DNA of 64,000 nt from Candidatus Latescibacterota bacterium (lineage in GTDB: Bacteria; Latescibacterota; UBA2968): the NCBI GenBank assembly GCA_965207885.1, contig OZ242311.1, forward strand, positions 1,760,001 to 1,824,000. The letters are read 5' to 3'. A model generated the notes under the pieces. That model saw only the letters and a program-made list of their open reading frames with translations. It had not been told where the DNA came from and did not search any database. The first letter of the stretch is position 1. Every line of letters begins with the position of its first letter. Shown one piece after another: positions 27,307-37,220 of this stretch. Both the position numbers and the translations under genes were made by a program.

Positions 27307-30300
27307 ATGAAGCGAATGTGTTTGCTGTTTATCATTTCCCTTTGCCTGGTATCTCAAGCCTTTGCAGGTACCACGGGAAAGGTCTCCGGCGTAATAAAAG
27401 ACGCCAAATCGGGAGAGTTATTGCCCGGCGCAAACGTCGTCGTGATTGGCACCCGTCTGGGCGCGACAACAGACGCCGATGGCAATTATTTTATCCTCAA
27501 TGTCCCCCCCGGTCTGCTGGAAGTACAGGCGTCAATGGTGGGATATGCGAAAGTCACACAGACCGCCGTTCGCGTAAAAATCGACCAGACCACAAAGCTC
27601 AATTTTACATTGAGTGAAGAAACCCTTGAAGCTGCCGAGATACTGGTCATGGCTGAACGCCCCCCCGTAGAACTCGACCTCACGGGGAGCAAGCAGGCAC
27701 TGACGACGATGGATCTGGAATTGAGTTGGGCCAACTCCGTGGAAGAGGCAGTGGAAACCCAATCTGGAGTGGGGGTTCGGGGAAGTATCCGCGGAGGATA
27801 TGGCTTCACCGCCGCCTATATTATAGATGGCGTGGATGTGCGGGACGGCAATACCCAATCCAGCTTTGTCGTGACCAATACCGCGGCCATCCAGGAAATG
27901 GAAATACTCACGGGTGGATATAACGCGGAATACGGCCGGGCCAACGATGGGATCATCAACATCGTAACGCGATCAGCGCGAGACCGCTGGCACACGACTG
28001 CCAAAGCGCGCCTGCGCCCGCGCGGAAAGTACCACTGGGGACGCAATATTTACAGCGAAGAAAATGTCGAGAACCAGGTAATCACCAAAGCGTACTTCGA
28101 CAACAACGACATGGGTGCTTCCTGGAACAACTACTGGACAGAACAGGGCCAAAATCCTACACCTGAGTTCAACTGGCAGAAATACCAGGAATTCACAACA
28201 CCACCGGAAGACATGGGCAATTACGCAGATCTGGACCAGTGGGAGTGGGAAGGCGCTGCTTTCGGTCCCATCTCCTCCAATATGGATCTGTTGCTAAGCG
28301 GCAAGTATTTGCAAGGTGTAACCAGGTGGCCGAGCGTTTTCAAATACAGTCCCGAATGGAGTGCGCTCGCCAAATTGAATTACAACCTGACCCAGAACAC
28401 CAAAATCACGGCATCATTCAACCATCAGGGCACCGATAACAGCGGACAGCCCAGATTGTCTTACATGTCGTCCGACGATATGGGCGGCTCGATGGGGAAT
28501 CTTCCATCGGGTGGAATCCGAACGCCCTACCAGAGAGAGAAATGGAATTCGAATGGCAACAGCGTAATTACTGGTAATAACTCGCGCGTACCGCCTCCGC
28601 AGTATATCCGGACGAATGCAGCAATGTTAAAACTGACGCACGTCTTCAGTCCGCGCACATTTATGGATTTCCGCATTCAGCACTACCGAATGGATTACGA
28701 CGCGCATTACGAGAACCTGGATACGAATCCCGTCTTATTCCAGGATCAACTTGATCGAACCCCGGTGTTTTTGGAACCCACCTGGTTCCCCACCAGTCCA
28801 GTCAGCACTGGCGGACGGCGGTGGCAATGGCCGAGAGATAACGCCAAACTGTTCGCCAATACCTGGCGAACATCAATCAATTTTGACCTGACCAGCCAGG
28901 TCAACGAACACAATCTGGTCAAGGCAGGCCTATCATTCGATCCGCAGTATATCGATACCTGGTACGGTGGGCAATTTGGATCGGCTTCACAACCGTTTAA
29001 CAAGGTGCCAAACCGGGATTATAGCCCGTGGGATTTCACCGCTTATGTGCAGGATCAAATCGAAGCCGAAGGCATGATCGTAAACCTCGGCTTGCGCCTG
29101 GACATGTTCAACGCCAACCGGAACGTGAATTACATCCTGTGGGATCCTTACGCGCTGTCGAGTATTACCGATGGCAATATTGCGGGCGGAATTCTGTCCT
29201 TTGATCCGGACGGCCCCCATGCCGCCAAGACACCGCTACAGGTCGCGCTTTCACCCCGCGTGGGCATCGCACATCCCATTACTGCCAGCACCGTATTGCA
29301 CTTTATGTACGGGCATTTTAACCAGCGTCCGCCCTGGGTAAAAATTGCCGGAAATAAAGCCATCTGGAACCGCGGGGCACCCTCTGATCCGAGCGTTCAA
29401 CTGCCACCCAACTACGATGCAAATCCCAACGAGGATTACAACTATATCCACTGGTGGGGCACAGGTGGCAACCCGGAGATCGGGTTCGAAAAGATGATCC
29501 AGTACGAAGTGGGCTTTGATCAGGATATTGCCGGGGCGCTCGGTCTGGATGTAACCATGTATTACAAAGACGCCAAGGATCTGACAAGGCGAGGTTTCCG
29601 ACAGGGACGTGAGGAAGAAACCGGCAACAGTTCAACGCTTCAATTCACTTTGTTTATGGATCCCAACAATCCGCAGAAGCAAACGCCTCAGAGTGGGTTT
29701 ACCAACCGGGGCGCTTTCTCGATGGCGGGAGCACGCCTGGATGCACGCGGTCTGGAACTGGAATTGAGTACCAAGCGCTGGCAAAATGTGCGCCTCCAGC
29801 TCAAATACGATCTGTCCTATTCCAGCACGGGTGCCTATGGTCCGACGGCCCTCTATATTCCCATCCAACAACCAGACGGTTCGATCAAGCAACTCGGAAG
29901 GGATCGCTATCACGGATCCGGCGAGCACAATCTGGAGTTGTGGAACCCGCACAACACGTTTAAGCTCAATGCATTGCTCAGCACACCCAACGACTTTGGC
30001 CCGGTGATGGGGAACTGGTTCTTGAACATGCACTACACCTACGCTTCGGCGCAGCGATACACCTATCACCCGCCCGGCGATACGAGTACCGAGCCGCTGA
30101 ACCGGTCGTGGAAACCCTATCACCGCACCAATGCACGTCTCTCCAAGCGTTTCGAACTGGTGGGTGGAATGAAGGGCGAATTCGCAATAGACATACACAA
30201 TGTCTTCAACAACAAAATCCTGAAATTGTTCGGCGGACAAGATTTGTTCAACTACATTGAAAAGGGCGAAATGCCCGTGATAAAAGCCTCCTATCTGACG

Positions 30301-30405
30301 CCAGATGGTGCTTCAGCCGAATGGGTGGAGCCGAATCAGTGGACGATTTACCGCCCGGACCTGAATCCGAGAGAGTTGTTCTTCTCGCTGTCGATTGATT
30401 ATTAG
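27307..30405 (+). CDS. TonB-dependent receptor with N-terminal carboxypeptidase-regulatory-like domain
   Basis: Signal peptide, GTTGKVSG.IKD..SGE.LPGANV, plug motif IQEMEILTGGYNAEYG, SPRVGIAHPIT, C-terminal aromatic residue (SIDY). Confidence 0.88.
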   Translation: MKRMCLLFIISLCLVSQAFAGTTGKVSGVIKDAKSGELLPGANVVVIGTRLGATTDADGNYFILNVPPGLLEVQASMVGYAKVTQTAVRVKIDQTTKLNFTLSEETLEAAEILVMAERPPVELDLTGSKQALTTMDLELSWANSVEEAVETQSGVGVRGSIRGGYGFTAAYIIDGVDVRDGNTQSSFVVTNTAAIQEMEILTGGYNAEYGRANDGIINIVTRSARDRWHTTAKARLRPRGKYHWGRNIYSEENVENQVITKAYFDNNDMGASWNNYWTEQGQNPTPEFNWQKYQEFTTPPEDMGNYADLDQWEWEGAAFGPISSNMDLLLSGKYLQGVTRWPSVFKYSPEWSALAKLNYNLTQNTKITASFNHQGTDNSGQPRLSYMSSDDMGGSMGNLPSGGIRTPYQREKWNSNGNSVITGNNSRVPPPQYIRTNAAMLKLTHVFSPRTFMDFRIQHYRMDYDAHYENLDTNPVLFQDQLDRTPVFLEPTWFPTSPVSTGGRRWQWPRDNAKLFANTWRTSINFDLTSQVNEHNLVKAGLSFDPQYIDTWYGGQFGSASQPFNKVPNRDYSPWDFTAYVQDQIEAEGMIVNLGLRLDMFNANRNVNYILWDPYALSSITDGNIAGGILSFDPDGPHAAKTPLQVALSPRVGIAHPITASTVLHFMYGHFNQRPPWVKIAGNKAIWNRGAPSDPSVQLPPNYDANPNEDYNYIHWWGTGGNPEIGFEKMIQYEVGFDQDIAGALGLDVTMYYKDAKDLTRRGFRQGREEETGNSSTLQFTLFMDPNNPQKQTPQSGFTNRGAFSMAGARLDARGLELELSTKRWQNVRLQLKYDLSYSSTGAYGPTALYIPIQQPDGSIKQLGRDRYHGSGEHNLELWNPHNTFKLNALLSTPNDFGPVMGNWFLNMHYTYASAQRYTYHPPGDTSTEPLNRSWKPYHRTNARLSKRFELVGGMKGEFAIDIHNVFNNKILKLFGGQDLFNYIEKGEMPVIKASYLTPDGASAEWVEPNQWTIYRPDLNPRELFFSLSIDY

Positions 30406-30411
30406 CCAAAT

Positions 30412-30441
30412 AGCCGGGTATCGCCCATCCGACACCCGGCT
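30412..30441 (+). promoter_or_regulatory. Intra-operon hairpin
   Basis: AGCCGGGT...ACCCGGCT stem without a U tract. Confidence 0.45.
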
Positions 30442-30481
30442 CAAGAGTTCTCAACACTCTCAAATAACAAAGGAGTACTAA

Positions 30482-32551
30482 ATGAATGCGATACGCAGGC
30501 TTCTCCCACTCTGGGTGATGTGCCTCGTGCTGATGTTGCCGGAATTTGTAAATGCCCAAGTGCCCGAAAGCCAACTCGTGGGCAACAACCCAATTGAGTT
30601 TACCGCTGGAAGATTGTGGTGGGGCACGAGTACCGCGGCGAATTACGCAGAAACGGCGATTCCCAATGTCGTTTCATATCCCGGCTATTACCAGGCCCCC
30701 GATCACATGGATATGATTGCGCCCTGGATCTGGGTCAACAATCAGGGGCGGCGGGTCAAGATCAACTTAACAGAACGGAGCATTGTGTCTTTTGGCGGTG
30801 CCGTAAAGCCCATGGTCAACAATTACAATTACAATTTTGTGGGACCAGGTGGCACCAACGAGGCCGAGCAATGGGGCGAAGGAATCTTCCAGACGTTCAA
30901 AATGAATCCAGCCAGCCCAGCCGATCCGATGGGAGCAATGCAGATCACCACCAAGACTATGGTGTGGAGCGTGCCCAAATACGACGATTTTGTCATCCAC
31001 AAGATCAAGATCAAACATGTAGATGACGTACCCTTTGAAGATTTCTACATGTGTTTCCCCGCTCAGGTTCAGTACAACAACGGTCAACTCGTGAACAACG
31101 CCTTCAAGTTCAAGAACGACATGCAATTCGATTGGGATCCGGAACGGGAAATTTTCATATTCTACGACGATGTGCAGTGGCCGACCACGGAAAGCGCGCC
31201 CATTTCGTTTAGCATATTCGAATCGCCGGGAGACGTGACGGGAGATGCGGGCGATCCCGGCAATATCACCGAGGCCGGGTCTCTGGATCGCAGGCTTTAC
31301 GAACCTGAAGCCCGGGCGTGGGGCATTCTCAATCTGACTTACAACGGTCAGCCTGAAGAACCCCATTACAATATCCTCGCTGCGGCCGAGTCTGGCACGC
31401 GGACGGGCAACTTCGCAGGGAGGATGAGCGATGCTCGCGTACCAGCGCGCGAATCCGGGCGTCTGTGGGCTGGGCAAAGCTGGGAACAGGATTTGCTGGC
31501 ATTTTCACACGATCAAGAACGCGCAAGCTGGATTGACCTGTGGAACGACCCATCCCGTCCCAAAGACGGATCGGTGGATGGCAATCTCTTCGAGCGATCA
31601 CCCATGCTGTATTCCTACATTGGCCCCTACACTTTTCAGCCCGGCGATGAAATTGAACTGATCATCCTCTATTGTTTTGGCGAGATGGACCGCAATGTGT
31701 CGCAACGCGGCGGATTGGAAGCTGCACAGCGATACCAGGCAGAAGGTATTGCTGCGTTGAAGCAAAACTGGGATTCGGCTCTGGAACTGATCGCAAATGA
31801 TTACAAATTGCCCGCCGATCAGTACCCGCCCCCAATCGTAGGCTCACAGCCATTTGTTGAAGACGGATACCCCAAGCTGGAAGCTGAGCCATTTGCCGAC
31901 GCCAGTACCGGGACACAGGGTTTCACCTTGACTTGGCAGGCCGTGCCGGACAATTATCAGGACCCGGGCACAGGTGAAAATGATTTTGCCGGATATCGGG
32001 TTTATCGGTCAGAAATTCACATCACCGGTCCCTGGGAACTGCTTGAGGATATTTCCGCTTCAGAAGCCGCAGCTTATAAACAGGGGGATAAGATCGTTTT
32101 GCAAGCCGAGACAGACCCCGGTATCCCCTTCCGCTTTGCGGTGACCTCCTACGATAGGCACGGACTGGAAAGCGGCATAACGGCCTATACGTTTTTCGCT
32201 ACGGAAGCCCCCAAGGCACCTTCGGATGATATGACCCAGATCCGCGTGGTACCCAACCCCTTCCGGCAGCGAAGCGGATTGCTGGATGCATCTCAGAACA
32301 ACCGCCTGGCTTTTGTGAATATCCCGGCCAAATGCACAATCCGGATTTACACGCTTGCGGGCGATTTAATAAAAATTATTGAACACGACGGTTTTGGCGA
32401 AACCACCTGGGGCAGTCAGGCCGATGGCAATTATCTCCAAACGGACTTTTCCGAAAGCCCGGCCGCAGGACTTTACATCTATCACGTAACCTCTCACGTC
32501 GCGGGACAAGAAGGCCAGTCTCACGTTGGGAAGTTCATGATCATTCGATAA
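30482..32551 (+). CDS. Secreted protein with FN3-like region and T9SS-like C-terminal sorting domain
   Basis: Signal peptide; LTW...DFAGYRVYRS...FAVTSYD...ES; IRVVPNPF...CTIRIYTLAGDLIK...AAGLYIYHV...GKFMIIR. Confidence 0.75.
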   Translation: MNAIRRLLPLWVMCLVLMLPEFVNAQVPESQLVGNNPIEFTAGRLWWGTSTAANYAETAIPNVVSYPGYYQAPDHMDMIAPWIWVNNQGRRVKINLTERSIVSFGGAVKPMVNNYNYNFVGPGGTNEAEQWGEGIFQTFKMNPASPADPMGAMQITTKTMVWSVPKYDDFVIHKIKIKHVDDVPFEDFYMCFPAQVQYNNGQLVNNAFKFKNDMQFDWDPEREIFIFYDDVQWPTTESAPISFSIFESPGDVTGDAGDPGNITEAGSLDRRLYEPEARAWGILNLTYNGQPEEPHYNILAAAESGTRTGNFAGRMSDARVPARESGRLWAGQSWEQDLLAFSHDQERASWIDLWNDPSRPKDGSVDGNLFERSPMLYSYIGPYTFQPGDEIELIILYCFGEMDRNVSQRGGLEAAQRYQAEGIAALKQNWDSALELIANDYKLPADQYPPPIVGSQPFVEDGYPKLEAEPFADASTGTQGFTLTWQAVPDNYQDPGTGENDFAGYRVYRSEIHITGPWELLEDISASEAAAYKQGDKIVLQAETDPGIPFRFAVTSYDRHGLESGITAYTFFATEAPKAPSDDMTQIRVVPNPFRQRSGLLDASQNNRLAFVNIPAKCTIRIYTLAGDLIKIIEHDGFGETTWGSQADGNYLQTDFSESPAAGLYIYHVTSHVAGQEGQSHVGKFMIIR

Positions 32552-32563
32552 GCGGAGGCTATA

Positions 32564-33637
32564 ATGAAACGTTGTACATTTAAGTGGACAATAATCCCAA
32601 TCCTTTTGCTCGTGCTGGGATTTGCAAGTGAGGGGTTCGCGCAGCGGCGGTTCGAAGCGGAAGTGGGACCGGGCATTGAGGCCCTGCCCTATAGCCGCGT
32701 GGGGCGATCGGGCTGGCAATTTGCCAAATTGCCCTCCTCGGCGCGCATGGCGAGTCTGGGAGGTATTGCAACGGTATTGAGCAAAGCGGATGCCAACGCC
32801 GCATTGACCAATCCAGCTACAATCTCAGACGTAACAAATATCAGCCTTTCGGGCAGCAGCATGAACTGGATTGCCGACATTACCTATTATTCCGGTGCTG
32901 TGGTCAAAAATTTTGACCAGTGGGGTGTTTTCGGCCTCAGTATCAGTACTCTCGATTACGGGGATATGGTACGCACGGAAAACCAGGAACTATTTGGTCC
33001 CGATGGCGAAACTCTGGGCCGCACCCAGCCCGTTATAGAAGGCCTGGGCACGTTTTCGGGCGGCGATCTCGCCGTGGGCTTCAACTACGGTCGGCGCATC
33101 ACAGACCGCTTGCAGATAGGCGGCACGGCAAAGTACTTCCAGGAAACCTTAGACGATGCCACCACCGGCAACTGGGCCATTGATATCGGCACGTACTATC
33201 ACACCGGAATCAAAAGCTTGCGGATTGCAATGCTCGGGCAGAATTTCGGTCCCGATACCGAGTTCACCAAATACGACGAACAGATTCAAATCCCACCATC
33301 ACAAGTGCGAATGCCCATGGTATTCAAACTCGGTGCGGCTTTTGATCTGGTCGAACAGTCAGAGGATCAGCCCCATCTCCTCACAGTGGCAACCGAATTT
33401 ACGCATCCCAATGACGGCGACGAAAAAATGCACATAGCCGCCGAATACGGATTGCGAAACCTGGCCTATATCCGCGGCGGGTACCGCTTCAACTACGACG
33501 AAGAGGGCCTCACCGCTGGCGGGGGCCTCAACCTGAAGCGCGATCAATACGGGATCAGCGTGGATTACGCCTATATCGAATTTGGCCGTCTGGGTTCAGT
33601 ACATGTCGTGACGGTCGGATTTGACTTTGGACAGTAA
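32564..33637 (+). CDS. PorV/PorQ-like (UPF0164) outer-membrane beta-barrel
   Basis: GWQFAKLPSSARMASLGG, NPA, WIADI, AIDIGTYY.TG, HPND, RGGY, DYAY..FGRLG.VH. Confidence 0.8.
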   Translation: MKRCTFKWTIIPILLLVLGFASEGFAQRRFEAEVGPGIEALPYSRVGRSGWQFAKLPSSARMASLGGIATVLSKADANAALTNPATISDVTNISLSGSSMNWIADITYYSGAVVKNFDQWGVFGLSISTLDYGDMVRTENQELFGPDGETLGRTQPVIEGLGTFSGGDLAVGFNYGRRITDRLQIGGTAKYFQETLDDATTGNWAIDIGTYYHTGIKSLRIAMLGQNFGPDTEFTKYDEQIQIPPSQVRMPMVFKLGAAFDLVEQSEDQPHLLTVATEFTHPNDGDEKMHIAAEYGLRNLAYIRGGYRFNYDEEGLTAGGGLNLKRDQYGISVDYAYIEFGRLGSVHVVTVGFDFGQ

Positions 33638-33662
33638 AGCCGCGTTTGCATCCGTCGTACAC

Positions 33663-33707
33663 AGGCGCCTGACGGAGTACCTTCATCCGTCGGCGCCTAT
33701 TTTTTTA
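33663..33707 (+). terminator. Intrinsic terminator after the receptor-CTD protein-PorV operon
   Basis: AGGCGCC(t)GACGGA...TCCGTCGGCGCCT followed by A and T7. Confidence 0.8.
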
Positions 33708-33731
33708 TGAAAAATACACGGGGGAAACGCA

Positions 33732-35102
33732 ATGAACAACGAACTGGACGAATACGGTGGATGGACGGGCATTCAGGGCGAAAAAACCGGCTTTTTTCAT
33801 TTGGAAGAAATCGATGGGCGAAACTGGTTTATAACACCTCAGGGCAACGTCTTTTTTCCCGTAGCACTCAGCCATCTGTTGTCGGGAGAAAGCGATGTGG
33901 CCTGCGAAAATGTTTACGGGGGCGACCGAGAAGCATGGGTACGCGGCTCCCTTGCCAATGCCCGTGCAATGGGCTTTAACTGCGCCCTGGGCGGAGCCAC
34001 AAGCCCGGAACGCAACCTGAATGGTTTTGTCGATATTGCAGAGTCAGAAGCAATATTTCGAGAGGAGCATTTCCCCTTTGCAGTAGGTGTAATCTTGCTA
34101 AAGCATCCCTGGGAATTTGTCGAAGGAGAAACACTCCCGGATATTTTTGATCCAGCATTTGAACAACTGATTGAATCCAGAGCCGAAGCGGCTTGTCCAG
34201 CCGCTGCAGATGACCCGCTCGTAATGGGATATTATTACGGCTTCGGCGCATTTAACCATTCAGAACACTGGGTGAACCACCATCTGTCCCTACCACCAGA
34301 CAGCCCCGGACGAAATGCCATCATCAACTTGCTCGCGCAACGGTATGACAACGATGTTCGGGTATTCAACCGGATATACGGCATTTCTTTGAGCCAGATT
34401 ACCGACTTGAAACAGACGGAAGTACTCGCCTATGAACAGGCCTTCGAAAGTCGCAATTATCCAGCAATACAAAAAACACTAAATCCACGGCAACTGGAGG
34501 ATTTCGAAGCCATCCTCTCCTATATGTGTGTCACACTCTACAAAATCGCCCATACCGCCATTCGACGATGGGACAGCAACCATCTCATCTTTGGCTCCTT
34601 TATCAAAGAATGGGCTTTGACCGGAGAATCTTGGAAAGCAGCGGCTCCCTACATCGACATGATCGCACCCCAACATGTTAACCGCACAATTTCAGTCAAC
34701 GAATTGGCCGATACCGCAAGATTGCCCATCCTCCTGTCAGATGACTATTTCGGATTCCACTACCCCGAAAGAAGTAGAGGTCACGCTGGTGTATCATCTC
34801 ACGACGCGCGCGGAGAAATATACCGCGCAAGCCTGATGAGACATTACAAAGACCCACAGGTTCTGGGCGTCACGTATTGCGCCTGTATGTATGATCAGGG
34901 CGGTGACACACTCGCAAAAAACAACCAGAATGGATATTATGACCTGCAGGGGAACCCGCGCGAAAATCTGATCCAGGCAGTAACCGACATCAACCGGGCT
35001 GTCTATACACACACCCCACACCCCGGTACAGCCGAGGAACTTCGCACATTGCAGCAGACACTTTTTCAAACCTGGGACAAATACCAGCGCGGGGACTGGT
35101 AG
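33732..35102 (+). CDS. Agarase (GH50)-like TIM-barrel glycoside-hydrolase homologue, no signal peptide
   Basis: LDEYGGW, TGFFHLEEIDGRNWFITPQGNVFF, GFN, LPDIFDPAF, DDPLVMGYY, AIRRWDSNHLIFG, RGEIY. Confidence 0.65.
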   Translation: MNNELDEYGGWTGIQGEKTGFFHLEEIDGRNWFITPQGNVFFPVALSHLLSGESDVACENVYGGDREAWVRGSLANARAMGFNCALGGATSPERNLNGFVDIAESEAIFREEHFPFAVGVILLKHPWEFVEGETLPDIFDPAFEQLIESRAEAACPAAADDPLVMGYYYGFGAFNHSEHWVNHHLSLPPDSPGRNAIINLLAQRYDNDVRVFNRIYGISLSQITDLKQTEVLAYEQAFESRNYPAIQKTLNPRQLEDFEAILSYMCVTLYKIAHTAIRRWDSNHLIFGSFIKEWALTGESWKAAAPYIDMIAPQHVNRTISVNELADTARLPILLSDDYFGFHYPERSRGHAGVSSHDARGEIYRASLMRHYKDPQVLGVTYCACMYDQGGDTLAKNNQNGYYDLQGNPRENLIQAVTDINRAVYTHTPHPGTAEELRTLQQTLFQTWDKYQRGDW

Positions 35103-35245
35103 GGTCGTCCGCAGAACCTGCACAGAGAACAGAACATTCTGATACGCTCATTGGCATAAACGCCCACGCATTTCTGGCGGCGGTCCAGCAAGGATAGGGC
35201 CGCCTCTTTTGTGATATTGATCGGATTGAGATAAAGGGATTTATC

Positions 35246-37204
35246 GTGGCGATTTCCCAACGCACAATTGAGGCACCCGTTGCAGAACCCCAGGGCGTGA
35301 CGCTCAGGGCCTTTATTCTGGCGATGATCACAATTGCAGGGGTATGTATTTTTGCGACCTATTACGGGCGGAATTTGATGAAGAGTTTTTTGCCCGTAAC
35401 CGCATTGCTGCCCCTCGTGGTGTGGATCGGGATCAACACCGTGTTGAAACTGACAGCCCCCCGATTTGCACTATCGCGCAGCGAAGTAGTGACCATTTTT
35501 GGGATTGTATGGATGGTATCTACTGTGCCCGCGATCGGATGGGTGGGGTATTTAATCACGGATATTTCGGCGCCCGCGGCGTTTTCTTCACCCGAAAACC
35601 GGTTCTGGGAAGTAGCGGGACAGTACCTGCCCCGGTGGTTATTTATGGATCGGGGAAGCGAAGTGGTAGAGCGACTCTACGTGGGATTGGAACACAGGGA
35701 CGAGATTCCCTGGGCGCACTGGATCGTTCCGCTGTTCTGGTGGTTTGTGGGGAGTCTATCTCTGGTACTCGCCGGATTTTTTGCCAGCGTGCTATTCTAC
35801 AAACAGTGGCTCCTGCACGAGCGCCTGTCATTTCCCCTGGCTACAGTACCCCTGGCACTCCTGGAAGAATCCGAGGGAAGCCGGGTTCCCGACGTATTCA
35901 AAGACTGGGTTTTCTGGGCCGGGTTTGCGTGTACAGCCGGCGTGATTTTCTGGAATATCACCGGCTATTTTGTCCTGACATTGCCCCGCATCACGATCTA
36001 CGACCACTGGCTGACCACAGCGGTAGATACGGGACAGTATATTCCCACGATCTATTTGCGCATTCATCCGCTGATGATGGGACTGGCCTATTTGTGCCCG
36101 CTGAATATCTTGATGAGTTTCTGGTTTTTTTTCCTCGTCAATGCATTTAAGATGACAGTGATGAATCGCACGGGCTTTACCATCGGGTTGCAGGGCCAGA
36201 CAGCCACGCCCGAAGAAATTTTGATGCTGGAGGCACACGGGGCACTGGTTTTTCTGGTTATCTGGTCGGTATGGGTGGCTCGAGATCACCTGAAGGAGAC
36301 GCTGCACAAGGCTTTTGGAGACCTGCGCTCACAAGACGATGGGGTGCCCGTGTCCTATCGCACGGCCTGGCTGGGATTTTTAAGTACCACGATTTTTTTC
36401 ACCGGTTTTTTGCTCTCAATGGGCATCAGCCTGCCCTCGGCAATGGTGCAGATGGGCCTTCTATTCGTCATCTACCTCGGCGTAACCAAATTTGCGGCAG
36501 CCACGGGCTACGTGTTCCTCGCGCCCCAGGGAGAAAAAGGGTGGCAGATTATGAAGGCGCTCTACGGAACATTAAATATTTCGAGCCGGGATTTGACGGG
36601 TTTGATAGTGGTGAGCCGAAACGCGCTCGCCGGAGCACCAGCCCGCATGCTATCTGTGCCGGCAATTCCCCATTTTTTTAAGCTCCTGGGTAATGGGCTG
36701 CAGCGCTCATGGACCATCGTAGGCGTGTTGCCCGTTGCTCTTTTGGGGGCATTTACAGTGGCCTGTGCCGCACAACTCTATCTGTGTTACATGGAAGGCG
36801 GATTGAATCATGCCTATATGCCCGACTGGCGACACATGGTCAGACAAGTGTCGCTGATTGAAGGAACACAGCCAGCGTATTTCGATCTGGACAAAACCAT
36901 CGTGTGGTTTTTGGGTATTGCCGAGGCGGGATTATTGACGCTCTTGGGCATGCGGTACGCGGCCTGGCCGATTCACCCGTTCGGCCTGGCTTTCCCAGAC
37001 AGCCGATTTCGCTACGGATTTGGGATTTTCATCGTATGGCTGGCCAAGTCATTGACATTGCGCTTTGGCGGGGTGAGCCTCTACCGGCGATCGCTGCCAT
37101 TCTGGTACGGTATTGTGGTGGGATATCTGGTGGGAGTGGGAGCTTCGACAATAGTAGATGCGATCTGGTTTCCATTGAACCGACATTTCGTACACGGATG
37201 GTAA
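35246..37204 (+). CDS. DUF6785/DUF6784-like polytopic membrane protein
   Basis: SPENRF, W..W..PL..W, KQW...ERLSFPL, WPIHP.G, W..KS..LRFGG..LYRR..PF..G. Confidence 0.7.
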   Translation: MAISQRTIEAPVAEPQGVTLRAFILAMITIAGVCIFATYYGRNLMKSFLPVTALLPLVVWIGINTVLKLTAPRFALSRSEVVTIFGIVWMVSTVPAIGWVGYLITDISAPAAFSSPENRFWEVAGQYLPRWLFMDRGSEVVERLYVGLEHRDEIPWAHWIVPLFWWFVGSLSLVLAGFFASVLFYKQWLLHERLSFPLATVPLALLEESEGSRVPDVFKDWVFWAGFACTAGVIFWNITGYFVLTLPRITIYDHWLTTAVDTGQYIPTIYLRIHPLMMGLAYLCPLNILMSFWFFFLVNAFKMTVMNRTGFTIGLQGQTATPEEILMLEAHGALVFLVIWSVWVARDHLKETLHKAFGDLRSQDDGVPVSYRTAWLGFLSTTIFFTGFLLSMGISLPSAMVQMGLLFVIYLGVTKFAAATGYVFLAPQGEKGWQIMKALYGTLNISSRDLTGLIVVSRNALAGAPARMLSVPAIPHFFKLLGNGLQRSWTIVGVLPVALLGAFTVACAAQLYLCYMEGGLNHAYMPDWRHMVRQVSLIEGTQPAYFDLDKTIVWFLGIAEAGLLTLLGMRYAAWPIHPFGLAFPDSRFRYGFGIFIVWLAKSLTLRFGGVSLYRRSLPFWYGIVVGYLVGVGASTIVDAIWFPLNRHFVHGW

Positions 37205-37220
37205 CGAGGAGGAGGCCCAA

